Source of the DNA: Macrostomum lignano
Lineage: Eukaryota
Direction of reading: 5' to 3'
Length of the DNA: 64,000 nucleotides
Assembly: GCA_002269645.1 (NCBI GenBank)
Contig: NIVC01001147.1
Coordinates: 138,129-202,128 of the forward strand
How positions within the stretch are numbered: position 1 is the stretch's first letter; each line of letters opens with the position of its first letter. Below the pieces are notes generated by a model. The model searched no databases. It had not been told where the DNA came from and was given only the letters and a program-made list of their open reading frames with translations. The translations under genes were made by a program, and so were the position numbers. Shown here one piece after another: positions 42,053 to 54,376 of this stretch.

Positions 42053-42592
42053 GTGATGGTGTACAGCCTGGAGGGCACGCCCACCCAAGTGAAGCAGCTG
42101 CAGTCGCCGTTAAACTTTCAAACCCGCTGCGTGCGCGTGTTCATGGACAAGATTAACCGCGCCAGACCCACTGGATTCGCCATCGGCAGCATCGAGGGCC
42201 GCGTTGGCATTCAATACTTTGAGCCTACTCAGCCTAGAGACAATTTCACCTTCAAATGTCACCGACAGGCTGGGGCCTCGAATTTCCAAGAAATCTACGC
42301 CGTACACGACCTGGTGTTCCATCCGCAGCACGGCACCCTGGCCACGGTGGGAGGCGACGGGCGCTACGTGTTCTGGGACAAGGACGCCAGGACTAAGCTA
42401 AAGAATTCCGAACAGCTAACCCAGCCGGTCACGTGCTGCAATTTCGATCCGAGCGGATCCGCTTTCACGTACGCGATTGGCTACGATTGGTCCAGGGGCT
42501 ACGAGGGTAACGACATTAATAGGAAGCCGAAAATTTATCTGCACAAGTGCGGCGACGAGGTCAAGCCGAGCAATCAGTTGGGCAAGAAATAA
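42053..42592 (+). CDS. RAE1: RAE1 exon 3 (terminal)
   Basis: GFAIGSIEGRVGIQY...FTFKCHR...IYAVHDLVFHPQHGTLATVGGDG...FWDKDARTKLK...YAIGYDWSRG; total 361 aa; AATAAA at 42702. Confidence 0.95.
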   Translation: MMVYSLEGTPTQVKQLQSPLNFQTRCVRVFMDKINRARPTGFAIGSIEGRVGIQYFEPTQPRDNFTFKCHRQAGASNFQEIYAVHDLVFHPQHGTLATVGGDGRYVFWDKDARTKLKNSEQLTQPVTCCNFDPSGSAFTYAIGYDWSRGYEGNDINRKPKIYLHKCGDEVKPSNQLGKK

Positions 42593-42879
42593 CCGCTTTT
42601 TTACGGCGCTATTCGCTACTGTCTACTGATCTTAAGCTGAGTAGTACAGTATGCAAGTTGGCACTGTTTGTCAAGTTTAAAGTTTGATGCAATTTCATTT
42701 TAATAAAAATTGTGAAATATTTCAATACAAGCCGTCATAATTTGTTCATTGCCGACATTGTCTTTTAATTCTCTTTGGCTGCTATGTTCGCTAAAATATG
42801 TTTTCAGAAAATAAACTTTCTGTCTTATTTCTGTCTTTTCTGAAGACGGGTCACCGCCGCCGCAAGCCTCTCAAATCCC

Positions 42880-43100
42880 CAGTTGCTTTGCCTGCCTCCC
42901 AGATCCCCAGTTGCTGGGCCAGCCTCCCAGATCCTCAGTTGCTGTGCCAGCCTCCCAGATCCCCAGTTGCTAAGCCAGCCTACCAGATCCTCAGTTGCTG
43001 GGCCAGCCTCCCAGAGTGTCAGTTGCTGGGCCAGCCTGCCAGATCCACAGCTGCTGGGCCAGTCTTCCAGATCCTCAGCTGCTAGACCCCCTGCCAGATC
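42880..43100. repeat. 28-bp minisatellite (ccagatccccagttgctgggccagcctc)
   Basis: Between the convergent RAE1 and C2-like genes. Confidence 0.85.
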
Positions 43101-43295
43101 CTTAGGCTCTGAACCAACTTCCCATACACTATCTCAATCAAAATGATCGAAAACATCGAATGGACACAGAACAGAAGCACGGATATTCAGCAAGGCTGGC
43201 GCGGTCAATAAGACATTGTTAATCAAGCGACTCTTTATCGTGTAAGCTTAACATTCCGGTCAGAGATTAGCCTCCCGGATGCGTGTTAGCCGGAG

Positions 43296-43535
43296 CTATT
43301 CGTCTGTCTCCGCATCCGCCTCTTGCGGCGCTGTCGCAGACGCCGGAGCGTTCAAATTGAAACTGCGGCACTTCTTCAGCCGGCAGCTGTGGCCGGCCAA
43401 TCTGGCAAAAAATCTTCGACAGTCTGGTCGGTGCGTTCGGCGGTCCAGTCGGAGCCAGGCCCGTTTGGGTGACGTCACCTCGCGGACGGAGTACACCACG
43501 GCTAGGTTGTCGGCGTTCCTAACAGTGAAGGTTAC
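43296..43535 (-). CDS. Divergent C2-like protein, terminal exon
   Basis: Acceptor aatcaaCAG|GTAACC, 240 nt, phase 0, ending in TAG. Confidence 0.7.
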   Translation of the reverse strand, partial: VTFTVRNADNLAVVYSVREVTSPKRAWLRLDRRTHRPDCRRFFARLAGHSCRLKKCRSFNLNAPASATAPQEADAETDE

Positions 43536-43584
43536 CTGTTGATTGCGGTGGAAATTTTTCTGGTTTGAAAACGCAGTTCACGGA

Positions 43585-43990
43585 TTGGTCTAAGAGATCT
43601 GACGATTTTGATCTACAGATTCTGATCTATAGGGATCTATATATCTATCTCAGATCTATAACGAATATCTATAGAGATCTGCTGATTCTGATCTATAGAG
43701 ATCTGCTGATTCTAATCTATAGAGATCTGCTAATTCTGATCTATAGAGATCTGCTGATTCTGATCCATCGATTCTGATCTATTGAGATCTGATTCTGATT
43801 CATCGATTCTGATCTATCGAGATCTGCTGATTCTGATCCATCGATTCTGATCTATTGAGATCTGATTCTGATTAATCGATTCTGATCTATCGAGATCTGC
43901 TGATTCTGATCTATAGAGATCTGCTGATTCTGATCCATCGATTCTGATCTATCGAGATCTGCCTATTTTGCTCTGTAGTGATCTGCCGAG
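43585..43990. repeat. 24-bp intronic minisatellite (atctgctgattctgatctatagag)
   Basis: Begins about 50 bp from the acceptor. Confidence 0.88.
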
Positions 43991-44179
43991 TCTGATCTAT
44001 GGATATCTGCTGATGCTGGTTTCGGAGATCTAAAGATTCATATCGAGATCCATCGGTTTACCTAAATCCGGTTTATCCAGAGGCATATCAGTTCATCTAG
44101 AGATCTGTCTATTTCATTTAGACATCCGAATTGCATAAAAAACCAATGTCAAGACCTCTTACAGCAAACTTAGTCATCG

Positions 44180-44560
44180 AATCCCCTCTCGCAGTGCCTA
44201 TACAGTTTATTTGAGGCAGGGGTTGTGTGCACCCTGGCGCACTTTAGGCGACATGTCACACAACCGGCGAGAGGCATTGCTGCCCATTCCGCCGACTCCC
44301 CTGAGCAGGCACACTCGGGCACGTACGCAGTCATGCGCTCCGGAACACTTACGCAGGAGTGTACAGCGGCCCTAACTTTATTTATCGTTAGGCATGTACT
44401 CTTCACTGTGCCTTGGGGGTTGGCAATCAAAGGCGTTAATTGCACGAGCAGAGCCAAGCCGAGATTCCAATTTAGCCCCAAAATTAATGTGACTGCATTT
44501 GGAATCGAGCCTGGGCCTCTGGCACATCGGAGCGCCGCGCCAGACCACTGGGCTACGGCC
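44180..44560 (-). mobile_element. Apparently full-length tRNA-derived SINE in an intron
   Basis: Minus strand starts ggccgtagcccagtggtc (box A) and ggctcgattcc (box B), 12 nt after the donor at 44572; a second copy lies at 39976-40163. Confidence 0.8.
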
Positions 44561-44572
44561 CAACAGTCTTAC

Positions 44573-44971
44573 CTGCAGTACGTCCCAGTCCACAATCATC
44601 TGAGCTGCTCTCCTCTCGGCGTATGCCTCGGCCAGCAACTTGGGCCCGTCGAGCACCGAGACTCTAGCTCGAAACGTCCGATTGTTAAGCTGCTCTGGCC
44701 CGGACGGCGGCCGGAAGATCTCGGACGAATGCAGAGTCAACTGAACCTGTCGCGGTGTCTCCGATAAAACCTGGCCGGAGATTCGCACGGTGCCCCACGG
44801 CTCAGCGATGGCGTCGCAGTCCCGGCAGAACCAGAGAAGGTTGCGCCACAGCAGAATTCCATGCTCCAGCTCGTCTCGCTGGTACCGGGCCAGCGACAGG
44901 TTGGCGTCGCCAACGGGATCAGCTCCGTTGTGCACCTCCAGTCTGGCCGCCACTCGCTGCTCGAGCATGGA
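44573..44971 (-). CDS. Divergent C2-like protein, internal exon
   Basis: Acceptor tctttgCAG, donor CAG|GTAAGA; 399 nt, phase 0/0; GC-rich coding-like composition. Confidence 0.72.
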
Positions 44972-45149
44972 CTGCAAAGATAGGAAATTGGAGACATTTG
45001 GTTGGGTATCCATGTAACTGGTATTGGCATGAGAGCCACAAATTGCAAACCAGATCCAATAACTTAAAAGCTCTACGTCATTAACAACCATGGATATGCT
45101 TGCTTGATTTTGCATTAGCTTGAAGCCTAAAATTGACAACTTAGTTGGG

Positions 45150-45530
45150 TCACTGTATCGGATTCCAATAGATTGAGAGCCTAAAACCGGAAACTAAGAT
45201 ATGAGTTGCTGTATCGTATTCTGGATTGAGAGCCTAAAACCGGCTACTAACACTGGGTTGCTGTATCGGATTCTAGCTTGAGAGCCTCAAGTCGGCAACT
45301 AACATGGGTTGCTGTATCGGATTCTAGCTTGAGAGCCTCAAACCGGCAACTAACATGGGTTTCTAATATCGAATTCTAGGTTAAGAGCCTCAAACCGGCA
45401 ATTAACATGGGTTGCTGTATCGAATCTTCTAAGTTGAGAGCCTCAAACCGGCAATTAACATGGGTTGCTGTATCGAATCTTCTAAGTTGAGAGCCTCAAA
45501 CCGGCAATTAACATGGGCTGCTGTATCGAT
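45150..45530. repeat. ~52-bp intronic minisatellite (gggttgctgtatcg...gagagcctcaaaccggcaactaacat)
   Basis: About 7 degenerate units. Confidence 0.85.
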
Positions 45531-45552
45531 GGCAGCTAAGCCCCGCACTTAC

Positions 45553-45818
45553 TCGAGTGACATTCTTGAGGTGAAACTCTGCCTGCCAGCGAGGCGCCAA
45601 CGTCCCCAGCTCGGCATGCGATCGCATAGCAACGAAGCCCTTGCAGCCCGGCACCGTGACCTGACAAACCAGGCTGCTGTCGGCGACGCTGGCCTGCGGA
45701 CAGTCGAGATTCGGGGAGGACAGCTCCGCTCGGATAACCAGTAGTTTGAGCAGCTTCTGAGCTCGATGAAATCGAACTGCTAGTAGAACTCGGCCTACGT
45801 ATGTCTGGTCGTCGCGGT
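45553..45818 (-). CDS. Divergent C2-like protein, internal exon (synaptotagmin-type C2 start)
   Basis: Acceptor tttctttgcCAG (phase 1), donor CGA|GTAAGT (phase 0). GRVLLAVRFHRAQKLLKLLVIRAEL resembles the first two strands of a C2 domain. Confidence 0.7.
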
Positions 45819-45939
45819 CTGGCAAAGAAATGTTTTCAAAATCCCCATGAATTTGATTTCAGAGAATCACCCCCTTGTGCCTGAACTCACAAACCTACGT
45901 GTAGCACCCAAAAAGTCGCAGAACACATGAACCCTCTTG

Positions 45940-46140
45940 AGAATCGATTGAGAAACGCCCACCAACCCAACTGAAAGTCGCCCACCAACCCTCTGAGAAT
46001 CGCCTACCAAACCCACTGAGAATCGCCCACCAACCCCACTGAGAATCGCCTACCAAACCCACTGAGAATCGCCCACCAACCCCACTGGAGAATCGCCCAC
46101 ACACCCCACTGAGAATCTCCCACCAAGCTCCTTGAGAATC
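45940..46140. repeat. ~23-bp intronic minisatellite (cccactgagaatcgcccaccaa)
   Basis: Abuts the donor at 46148. Confidence 0.85.
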
Positions 46141-46148
46141 GCCCTCAC

Positions 46149-46395
46149 CCGGTCTCAAAATCATCCGGAACTCATCGAGAATTCTCTCGTGTCTGGGCAG
46201 GCTCGGATTCAGCTGAATCGAAGGCTGCAGCTGCGGCAGAATCAGCTGTCGTCGCCGATGCTCCATCAGTCGCTGCGACTCAGTCTTGGCCGCTGGCCGG
46301 CACGTGACCAGCGCGGTCGTCAGTCCGACATTGTCGTCCGCCAATTTTGAGTCGGCCTTTTGTTTGTTTTCGTTCCACAACTGGCACAGAAGCAT
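46149..46395 (-). CDS. Divergent C2-like protein, probable first coding exon
   Basis: ATG at 46395 (frame open to 46455); donor G|GTGAGG at 46148, phase 1, matching the next exon. Start uncertain. Confidence 0.55.
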
Positions 46396-47481
46396 CGACG
46401 CAATGAACCTGTGGGCTGAAAAGTCTTCATCTTCAGGCAGGTGCTTGATTAGCTGCTAATCACTGTAAAATCCTACAGCTTTTACTTTTACGTAAAAACG
46501 TTGATCCAGTCCAAAAGTTACACATAGGGGTCCTTGTCCTTTGGGATAACATTAGTTTCCTCCCCCTGATCAGTGGCTTTAAGTGGCTTCATTAGGTAAC
46601 AGACGTCCAGAATCCTTCATTAGGGACACTGATACCCCCAGAGTCCTTCATAGAGACACTGGACATCCACCAGAGTCCTTCTCCAAACACGTTAATCAAA
46701 CACGTTAATTATAATAATTGTTAATGTTAATAAAATTAACCAGTATCTATCTACTCACCGATTTGCAATATAAACTGCTTGTAAGCTTTCTCAAACAGAA
46801 TTTCACTCGTCTGCTCCCTTTGCTTCAGACATTAACATAATTAATTTGCTAAATAAAGCTATAAATTGATTAACAATTAGCCGAAGAGCAAGGACAGGGA
46901 TACTCGGCTAAACCTCCTGGATTTAGTTGCTATCTGTCAATCCCTCCAAAACAGACTCACCCACCCACCCATCTGAAAACGAATACTGTACTGCTCTACC
47001 CTCAAGTGCTGAGGTTGTGACAGCTAGCTAGGTAAGAAAGAGAGAGAGAGCTTGTCATTGTCAGCTGTTAGTGTAAACAACAGCTTATGCAAGACAATCA
47101 TTGTGATGTTCGTACTCTGCTTGTGTCTGTCTTCGTCCTGTGAGTGCATTGCATCTGTTAATTAATCAGTAAGCTAAATGCAATTTCCAGTTAGCGCACC
47201 CTGGCGCAGCGCCTTGGGCAACATCTTCCCACAACCAGTGGTGGCCCATTGCGCTGACTCCTGATCACACGCAAGACCTGAAAAATTGCTTGATTCCCAA
47301 ATACCCGTACAACAATACAGATCTTAGAGGCCTCGAACAAATGAGCAACATTAGTAACTCAGATATCCCATCCTAGACACTCGTGAGCAAGTAAAGTTGA
47401 TTGACAGGTGCAATATACCACTATTAGAGCCACTCAGGTAAGGCTCTACACACTTCTTGGACAGAGAGAGCTGTCCAATTA

Positions 47482-47862
47482 NNNNNNNNNNNNNNNNNNN
47501 NNNNNNNNNNNNNNNNNNNNNNNNNNNNNNNNNNNNNNNNNNNNNNNNNNNNNNNNNNNNNNNNNNNNNNNNNNNNNNNNNNNNNNNNNNNNNNNNNNNN
47601 NNNNNNNNNNNNNNNNNNNNNNNNNNNNNNNNNNNNNNNNNNNNNNNNNNNNNNNNNNNNNNNNNNNNNNNNNNNNNNNNNNNNNNNNNNNNNNNNNNNN
47701 NNNNNNNNNNNNNNNNNNNNNNNNNNNNNNNNNNNNNNNNNNNNNNNNNNNNNNNNNNNNNNNNNNNNNNNNNNNNNNNNNNNNNNNNNNNNNNNNNNNN
47801 NNNNNNNNNNNNNNNNNNNNNNNNNNNNNNNNNNNNNNNNNNNNNNNNNNNNNNNNNNNNNN
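47482..47862. other. Assembly gap (381 N)
   Basis: Run of N. Confidence 1.
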
Positions 47863-50800
47863 CAACTGCGCCTCTAGCTTCAACCGTGTCTATTTGTCTA
47901 AAGAAACTGACTGCGTGCAAAATACAAGTGTACGGAAGCAGAATAACACGCCGTGAGCGTATTTTCGAACAGCCTGTGCATGCGCGAGACTGCTTGGTGT
48001 AGTTATTAGAAGGCAACTGCGCCTCTAGCTTCAACCGTGTCTATTTGTCTAAAGAAACTGACTGCGTGCAAAATACAAGTGTACGGAAGCAGAATAACAC
48101 GCGTGAGCGTATTTTCGAACGCCTGTGCATGCGCGAGACTGCTTGGTGTAGTTATTAGAAGGCAACTGCGCGCCTCTAGCTTCAACCGTGTCTATTTGTC
48201 TAAAGAAACTGACTGCGTGCAAAATACAAGTGTACGGAAGCAGAATAACACGCCGTGAGCGTATTTTCGAACGCCTGTGCATGCGCGAGACTGCTTGGTG
48301 TAGTTATTAGAAGGCAACTGCGCCTCTAGCTTCAACCGTGTCTATTTGTCTAAAGAAACTGACTGCGTGCAAAATACAAGTGTACGGAAGCAGAATAACA
48401 CGCCGTGAGCGTATTTTCGAACGCCTGTGCATGCGCGAGACTGCTTGGTGTAGTTATTAGAAGGCAACTGCGCCTCTAGCTTCAACCGTGTCTATTTGTC
48501 TAAAGAAACTGACTGCGTGCAAAATACAAGTGTACGGAAGCAGAATAACACGCCGTGAGCGTATTTTCGAACGCCTGTGCATGCGCGAGACTGCTTGGTG
48601 TAGTTATTAGAAGGCAACTGCGCCTCTAGCTTCAACCGTGTCTATTTGTCTAAAGAAACTGACTGCGTGCAAAATACAAGTGTACGGAAGCAGAATAACA
48701 CGCCGTGAGCGTATTTTCGAACGCCTGTGCATGCGCGAGACTGCTTGGTGTAGTTATTAGAAGGCAACTGCGCCTCTAGCTTCAACCGTGTCTATTTGTC
48801 TAAAGAAACTGACTGCGTGCAAAATACAAGTGTACGGAAGCAGAATAACACGCCGTGAGCGTATTTTCGAACGCCTGTGCATGCGCGAGACTGCTTGGTG
48901 TAGTTATTAGAAGGCAACTGCGCCTCTAGCTTCAACCGTGTCTATTTGTCTAAAGAAACTGACTGCGTGCAAAATACAAGTGTACGGAAGCAGAATAACA
49001 CGCCGTGAGCGTATTTTCGAACGCCTGTGCATGCGCGAGACTGCTTGGTGTAGTTATTAGAAGGCAACTGCGCCTCTAGCTTCAACCGTGTCTATTTGTC
49101 TAAAGAAACTGACTGCGTGCAAAATACAAGTGTACGGAAGCAGAATAACACGCCGTGAGCGTATTTTCGAACGCCTGTGCATGCGCGAGACTGCTTGGTG
49201 TAGTTATTAGAAGGCAACTGCGCCTCTAGCTTCAACCGTGTCTATTTGTCTAAAGAAACTGACTGCGTGCAAAATACAAGTGTACGGAAGCAGAATAACA
49301 CGCCGTGAGCGTATTTTCGAACGCCTGTGCATGCGCGAGACTGCTTGGTGTAGTTATTAGAAGGCAACTGCGCCTCTAGCTTCAACCGTGTCTATTTGTC
49401 TAAAGAAACTGACTGCGTGCAAAATACAAGTGTACGGAAGCAGAATAACACGCCGTGAGCGTATTTTCGAACGCCTGTGCATGCGCGAGACTGCTTGGTG
49501 TAGTTATTAGAAGGCAACTGCGCCTCTAGCTTCAACCGTGTCTATTTGTCTAAAGAAACTGACTGCGTGCAAAATACAAGTGTACGGAAGCAGAATAACA
49601 CGCCGTGAGCGTATTTTCGAACGCCTGTGCATGCGCGAGACTGCTTGGTGTAGTTATTAGAAGGCAACTGCGCCTCTAGCTTCAACCGTGTCTATTTGTC
49701 TAAAGAAACTGACTGCGTGCAAAATACAAGTGTACGGAAGCAGAATAACACGCCGTGAGCGTATTTTCGAACGCCTGTGCATGCGCGAGACTGCTTGGTG
49801 TAGTTATTAGAAGGCAACTGCGCCTCTAGCTTCAACCGTGTCTATTTGTCTAAAGAAACTGACTGCGTGCAAAATACAAGTGTACGGAAGCAGAATAACA
49901 CGCCGTGAGCGTATTTTCGAACGCCTGTGCATGCGCGAGACTGCTTGGTGTAGTTATTAGAAGGCAACTGCGCCTCTAGCTTCAACCGTGTCTATTTGTC
50001 TAAAGAAACTGACTGCGTGCAAAATACAAGTGTACGGAAGCAGAATAACACGCCGTGAGCGTATTTTCGAACGCCTGTGCATGCGCGAGACTGCTTGGTG
50101 TAGTTATTAGAAGGCAACTGCGCCTCTAGCTTCAACCGTGTCTATTTGTCTAAAGAAACTGACTGCGTGCAAAATACAAGTGTACGGAAGCAGAATAACA
50201 CGCCGTGAGCGTATTTTCGAACGCCTGTGCATGCGCGAGACTGCTTGGTGTAGTTATTAGAAGGCAACTGCGCCTCTAGCTTCAACCGTGTCTATTTGTC
50301 TAAAGAAACTGACTGCGTGCAAAATACAAGTGTACGGAAGCAGAATAACACGCCGTGAGCGTATTTTCGAACGCCTGTGCATGCGCGAGACTGCTTGGTG
50401 TAGTTATTAGAAGGCAACTGCGCCTCTAGCTTCAACCGTGTCTATTTGTCTAAAGAAACTGACTGCGTGCAAAATACAAGTGTACGGAAGCAGAATAACA
50501 CGCCGTGAGCGTATTTTCGAACGCCTGTGCATGCGCGAGACTGCTTGGTGTAGTTATTAGAAGGCAACTGCGCCTCTAGCTTCAACCGTGTCTATTTGTC
50601 TAAAGAAACTGACTGCGTGCAAAATACAAGTGTACGGAAGCAGAATAACACGCCGTGAGCGTATTTTCGAACGCCTGTGCATGCGCGAGACTGCTTGGTG
50701 TAGTTATTAGAAGGCAACTGCGCCTCTAGCTTCAACCGTGTCTATTTGTCTAAAGAAACTGACTGCGTGCAAAATACAAGTGTACGGAAGCAGAATAACA

Positions 50801-53800
50801 CGCCGTGAGCGTATTTTCGAACGCCTGTGCATGCGCGAGACTGCTTGGTGTAGTTATTAGAAGGCAACTGCGCCTCTAGCTTCAACCGTGTCTATTTGTC
50901 TAAAGAAACTGACTGCGTGCAAAATACAAGTGTACGGAAGCAGAATAACACGCCGTGAGCGTATTTTCGAACGCCTGTGCATGCGCGAGACTGCTTGGTG
51001 TAGTTATTAGAAGGCAACTGCGCCTCTAGCTTCAACCGTGTCTATTTGTCTAAAGAAACTGACTGCGTGCAAAATACAAGTGTACGGAAGCAGAATAACA
51101 CGCCGTGAGCGTATTTTCGAACGCCTGTGCATGCGCGAGACTGCTTGGTGTAGTTATTAGAAGGCAACTGCGCCTCTAGCTTCAACCGTGTCTATTTGTC
51201 TAAAGAAACTGACTGCGTGCAAAATACAAGTGTACGGAAGCAGAATAACACGCCGTGAGCGTATTTTCGAACGCCTGTGCATGCGCGAGACTGCTTGGTG
51301 TAGTTATTAGAAGGCAACTGCGCCTCTAGCTTCAACCGTGTCTATTTGTCTAAAGAAACTGACTGCGTGCAAAATACAAGTGTACGGAAGCAGAATAACA
51401 CGCCGTGAGCGTATTTTCGAACGCCTGTGCATGCGCGAGACTGCTTGGTGTAGTTATTAGAAGGCAACTGCGCCTCTAGCTTCAACCGTGTCTATTTGTC
51501 TAAAGAAACTGACTGCGTGCAAAATACAAGTGTACGGAAGCAGAATAACACGCCGTGAGCGTATTTTCGAACGCCTGTGCATGCGCGAGACTGCTTGGTG
51601 TAGTTATTAGAAGGCAACTGCGCCTCTAGCTTCAACCGTGTCTATTTGTCTAAAGAAACTGACTGCGTGCAAAATACAAGTGTACGGAAGCAGAATAACA
51701 CGCCGTGAGCGTATTTTCGAACGCCTGTGCATGCGCGAGACTGCTTGGTGTAGTTATTAGAAGGCAACTGCGCCTCTAGCTTCAACCGTGTCTATTTGTC
51801 TAAAGAAACTGACTGCGTGCAAAATACAAGTGTACGGAAGCAGAATAACACGCCGTGAGCGTATTTTCGAACGCCTGTGCATGCGCGAGACTGCTTGGTG
51901 TAGTTATTAGAAGGCAACTGCGCCTCTAGCTTCAACCGTGTCTATTTGTCTAAAGAAACTGACTGCGTGCAAAATACAAGTGTACGGAAGCAGAATAACA
52001 CGCCGTGAGCGTATTTTCGAACGCCTGTGCATGCGCGAGACTGCTTGGTGTAGTTATTAGAAGGCAACTGCGCCTCTAGCTTCAACCGTGTCTATTTGTC
52101 TAAAGAAACTGACTGCGTGCAAAATACAAGTGTACGGAAGCAGAATAACACGCCGTGAGCGTATTTTCGAACGCCTGTGCATGCGCGAGACTGCTTGGTG
52201 TAGTTATTAGAAGGCAACTGCGCCTCTAGCTTCAACCGTGTCTATTTGTCTAAAGAAACTGACTGCGTGCAAAATACAAGTGTACGGAAGCAGAATAACA
52301 CGCCGTGAGCGTATTTTCGAACGCCTGTGCATGCGCGAGACTGCTTGGTGTAGTTATTAGAAGGCAACTGCGCCTCTAGCTTCAACCGTGTCTATTTGTC
52401 TAAAGAAACTGACTGCGTGCAAAATACAAGTGTACGGAAGCAGAATAACACGCCGTGAGCGTATTTTCGAACGCCTGTGCATGCGCGAGACTGCTTGGTG
52501 TAGTTATTAGAAGGCAACTGCGCCTCTAGCTTCAACCGTGTCTATTTGTCTAAAGAAACTGACTGCGTGCAAAATACAAGTGTACGGAAGCAGAATAACA
52601 CGCCGTGAGCGTATTTTCGAACGCCTGTGCATGCGCGAGACTGCTTGGTGTAGTTATTAGAAGGCAACTGCGCCTCTAGCTTCAACCGTGTCTATTTGTC
52701 TAAAGAAACTGACTGCGTGCAAAATACAAGTGTACGGAAGCAGAATAACACGCCGTGAGCGTATTTTCGAACGCCTGTGCATGCGCGAGACTGCTTGGTG
52801 TAGTTATTAGAAGGCAACTGCGCCTCTAGCTTCAACCGTGTCTATTTGTCTAAAGAAACTGACTGCGTGCAAAATACAAGTGTACGGAAGCAGAATAACA
52901 CGCCGTGAGCGTATTTTCGAACGCCTGTGCATGCGCGAGACTGCTTGGTGTAGTTATTAGAAGGCAACTGCGCCTCTAGCTTCAACCGTGTCTATTTGTC
53001 TAAAGAAACTGACTGCGTGCAAAATACAAGTGTACGGAAGCAGAATAACACGCCGTGAGCGTATTTTCGAACGCCTGTGCATGCGCGAGACTGCTTGGTG
53101 TAGTTATTAGAAGGCAACTGCGCCTCTAGCTTCAACCGTGTCTATTTGTCTAAAGAAACTGACTGCGTGCAAAATACAAGTGTACGGAAGCAGAATAACA
53201 CGCCGTGAGCGTATTTTCGAACGCCTGTGCATGCGCGAGACTGCTTGGTGTAGTTATTAGAAGGCAACTGCGCCTCTAGCTTCAACCGTGTCTATTTGTC
53301 TAAAGAAACTGACTGCGTGCAAAATACAAGTGTACGGAAGCAGAATAACACGCCGTGAGCGTATTTTCGAACGCCTGTGCATGCGCGAGACTGCTTGGTG
53401 TAGTTATTAGAAGGCAACTGCGCCTCTAGCTTCAACCGTGTCTATTTGTCTAAAGAAACTGACTGCGTGCAAAATACAAGTGTACGGAAGCAGAATAACA
53501 CGTAGTGAGCGTATTTTCGAACGCCTGTGCATGCGCGAGACTGCTTGGTGTAGTTATTAGAAGGCAACTGCGCCTCTAGCTTCAACCGTGTCTATTTGTC
53601 TAAAGAAACTGACTGCGTGCAAAATACAAGTGTACGGAAGCAGAATAACACGCCGTGAGCGTATTTTCGAACGCCTGTGCATGCGCGAGACTGCTTGGTG
53701 TAGTTATTAGAAGGCAACTGCGCCTCTAGCTTCAACCGTGTCTATTTGTCTAAAGAAACTGACTGCGTGCAAAATACAAGTGTACGGAAGCAGAATAACA

Positions 53801-54201
53801 CGCCGTGAGCGTATTTTCGAACGCCTGTGCATGCGCGAGACTGCTTGGTGTAGTTATTAGAAGGCAACTGCGCCTCTAGCTTCAACCGTGTCTATTTGTC
53901 TAAAGAAACTGACTGCGTGCAAAATACAAGTGTACGGAAGCAGAATAACACGCCGTGAGCGTATTTTCGAACGCCTGTGCATGCGCGAGACTGCTTGGTG
54001 TAGTTATTAGAAGGCAACTGCGCCTCTAGCTTCAACCGTGTCTATTTGTCTAAAGAAACTCACTGCGAGCAAAATACAAGTGTACGGAAGCAGAATAACA
54101 CGCCGTGAGCGTATTTTCGAACGCCTGTGCATGCGCGAGACTGCTTGGTGTAGTTATAAGAAGGCAACTGCGCCTCTAGCTTCAACCGTGTCTATTTGTC
54201 T
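47863..54201. repeat. 150-bp satellite DNA, left array (~42 monomers)
   Basis: Exact 150-bp period (sequence lines recur every 300 bp); virtually no variants between ~48300 and 54000. Confidence 0.99.
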
Positions 54202-54368
54202 GGTCCGACCGGGCGTAGCTTGGTTGGGTGTTAAACCAGTGGGGCGTGGCTCTTGTGCGTTGGTGCGGGGGTGGTGGGCCGGGCCTTGGTCACGTGCCCG
54301 CGGCCTGGGTGGCGGTTTTTTAATGCGGCGCGGGCTGTCGCTGACCCGCCAAGCGCGTATTGATTTTT
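54202..54368 (+). repeat. Split direct repeat A1
   Basis: Matches A2 (58248-58415) except for one extra G and one C/T substitution. Confidence 0.95.
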
Positions 54369-54376
54369 ATGTTGTT

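Noticed and set aside
47220-47480. Possible Penelope GIY-YIG remnant next to the gap
   Set aside because: Weak resemblance across stops and frameshifts, and truncated by the gap.
47351-48034. ORFs spanning the N run
   Set aside because: Artefacts of translating the assembly gap.
54038-54376. N-terminal extension of gag given by the ORF track
   Set aside because: It reads through satellite and the A1 repeat; the first ATG inside the element in this frame is at 54377.
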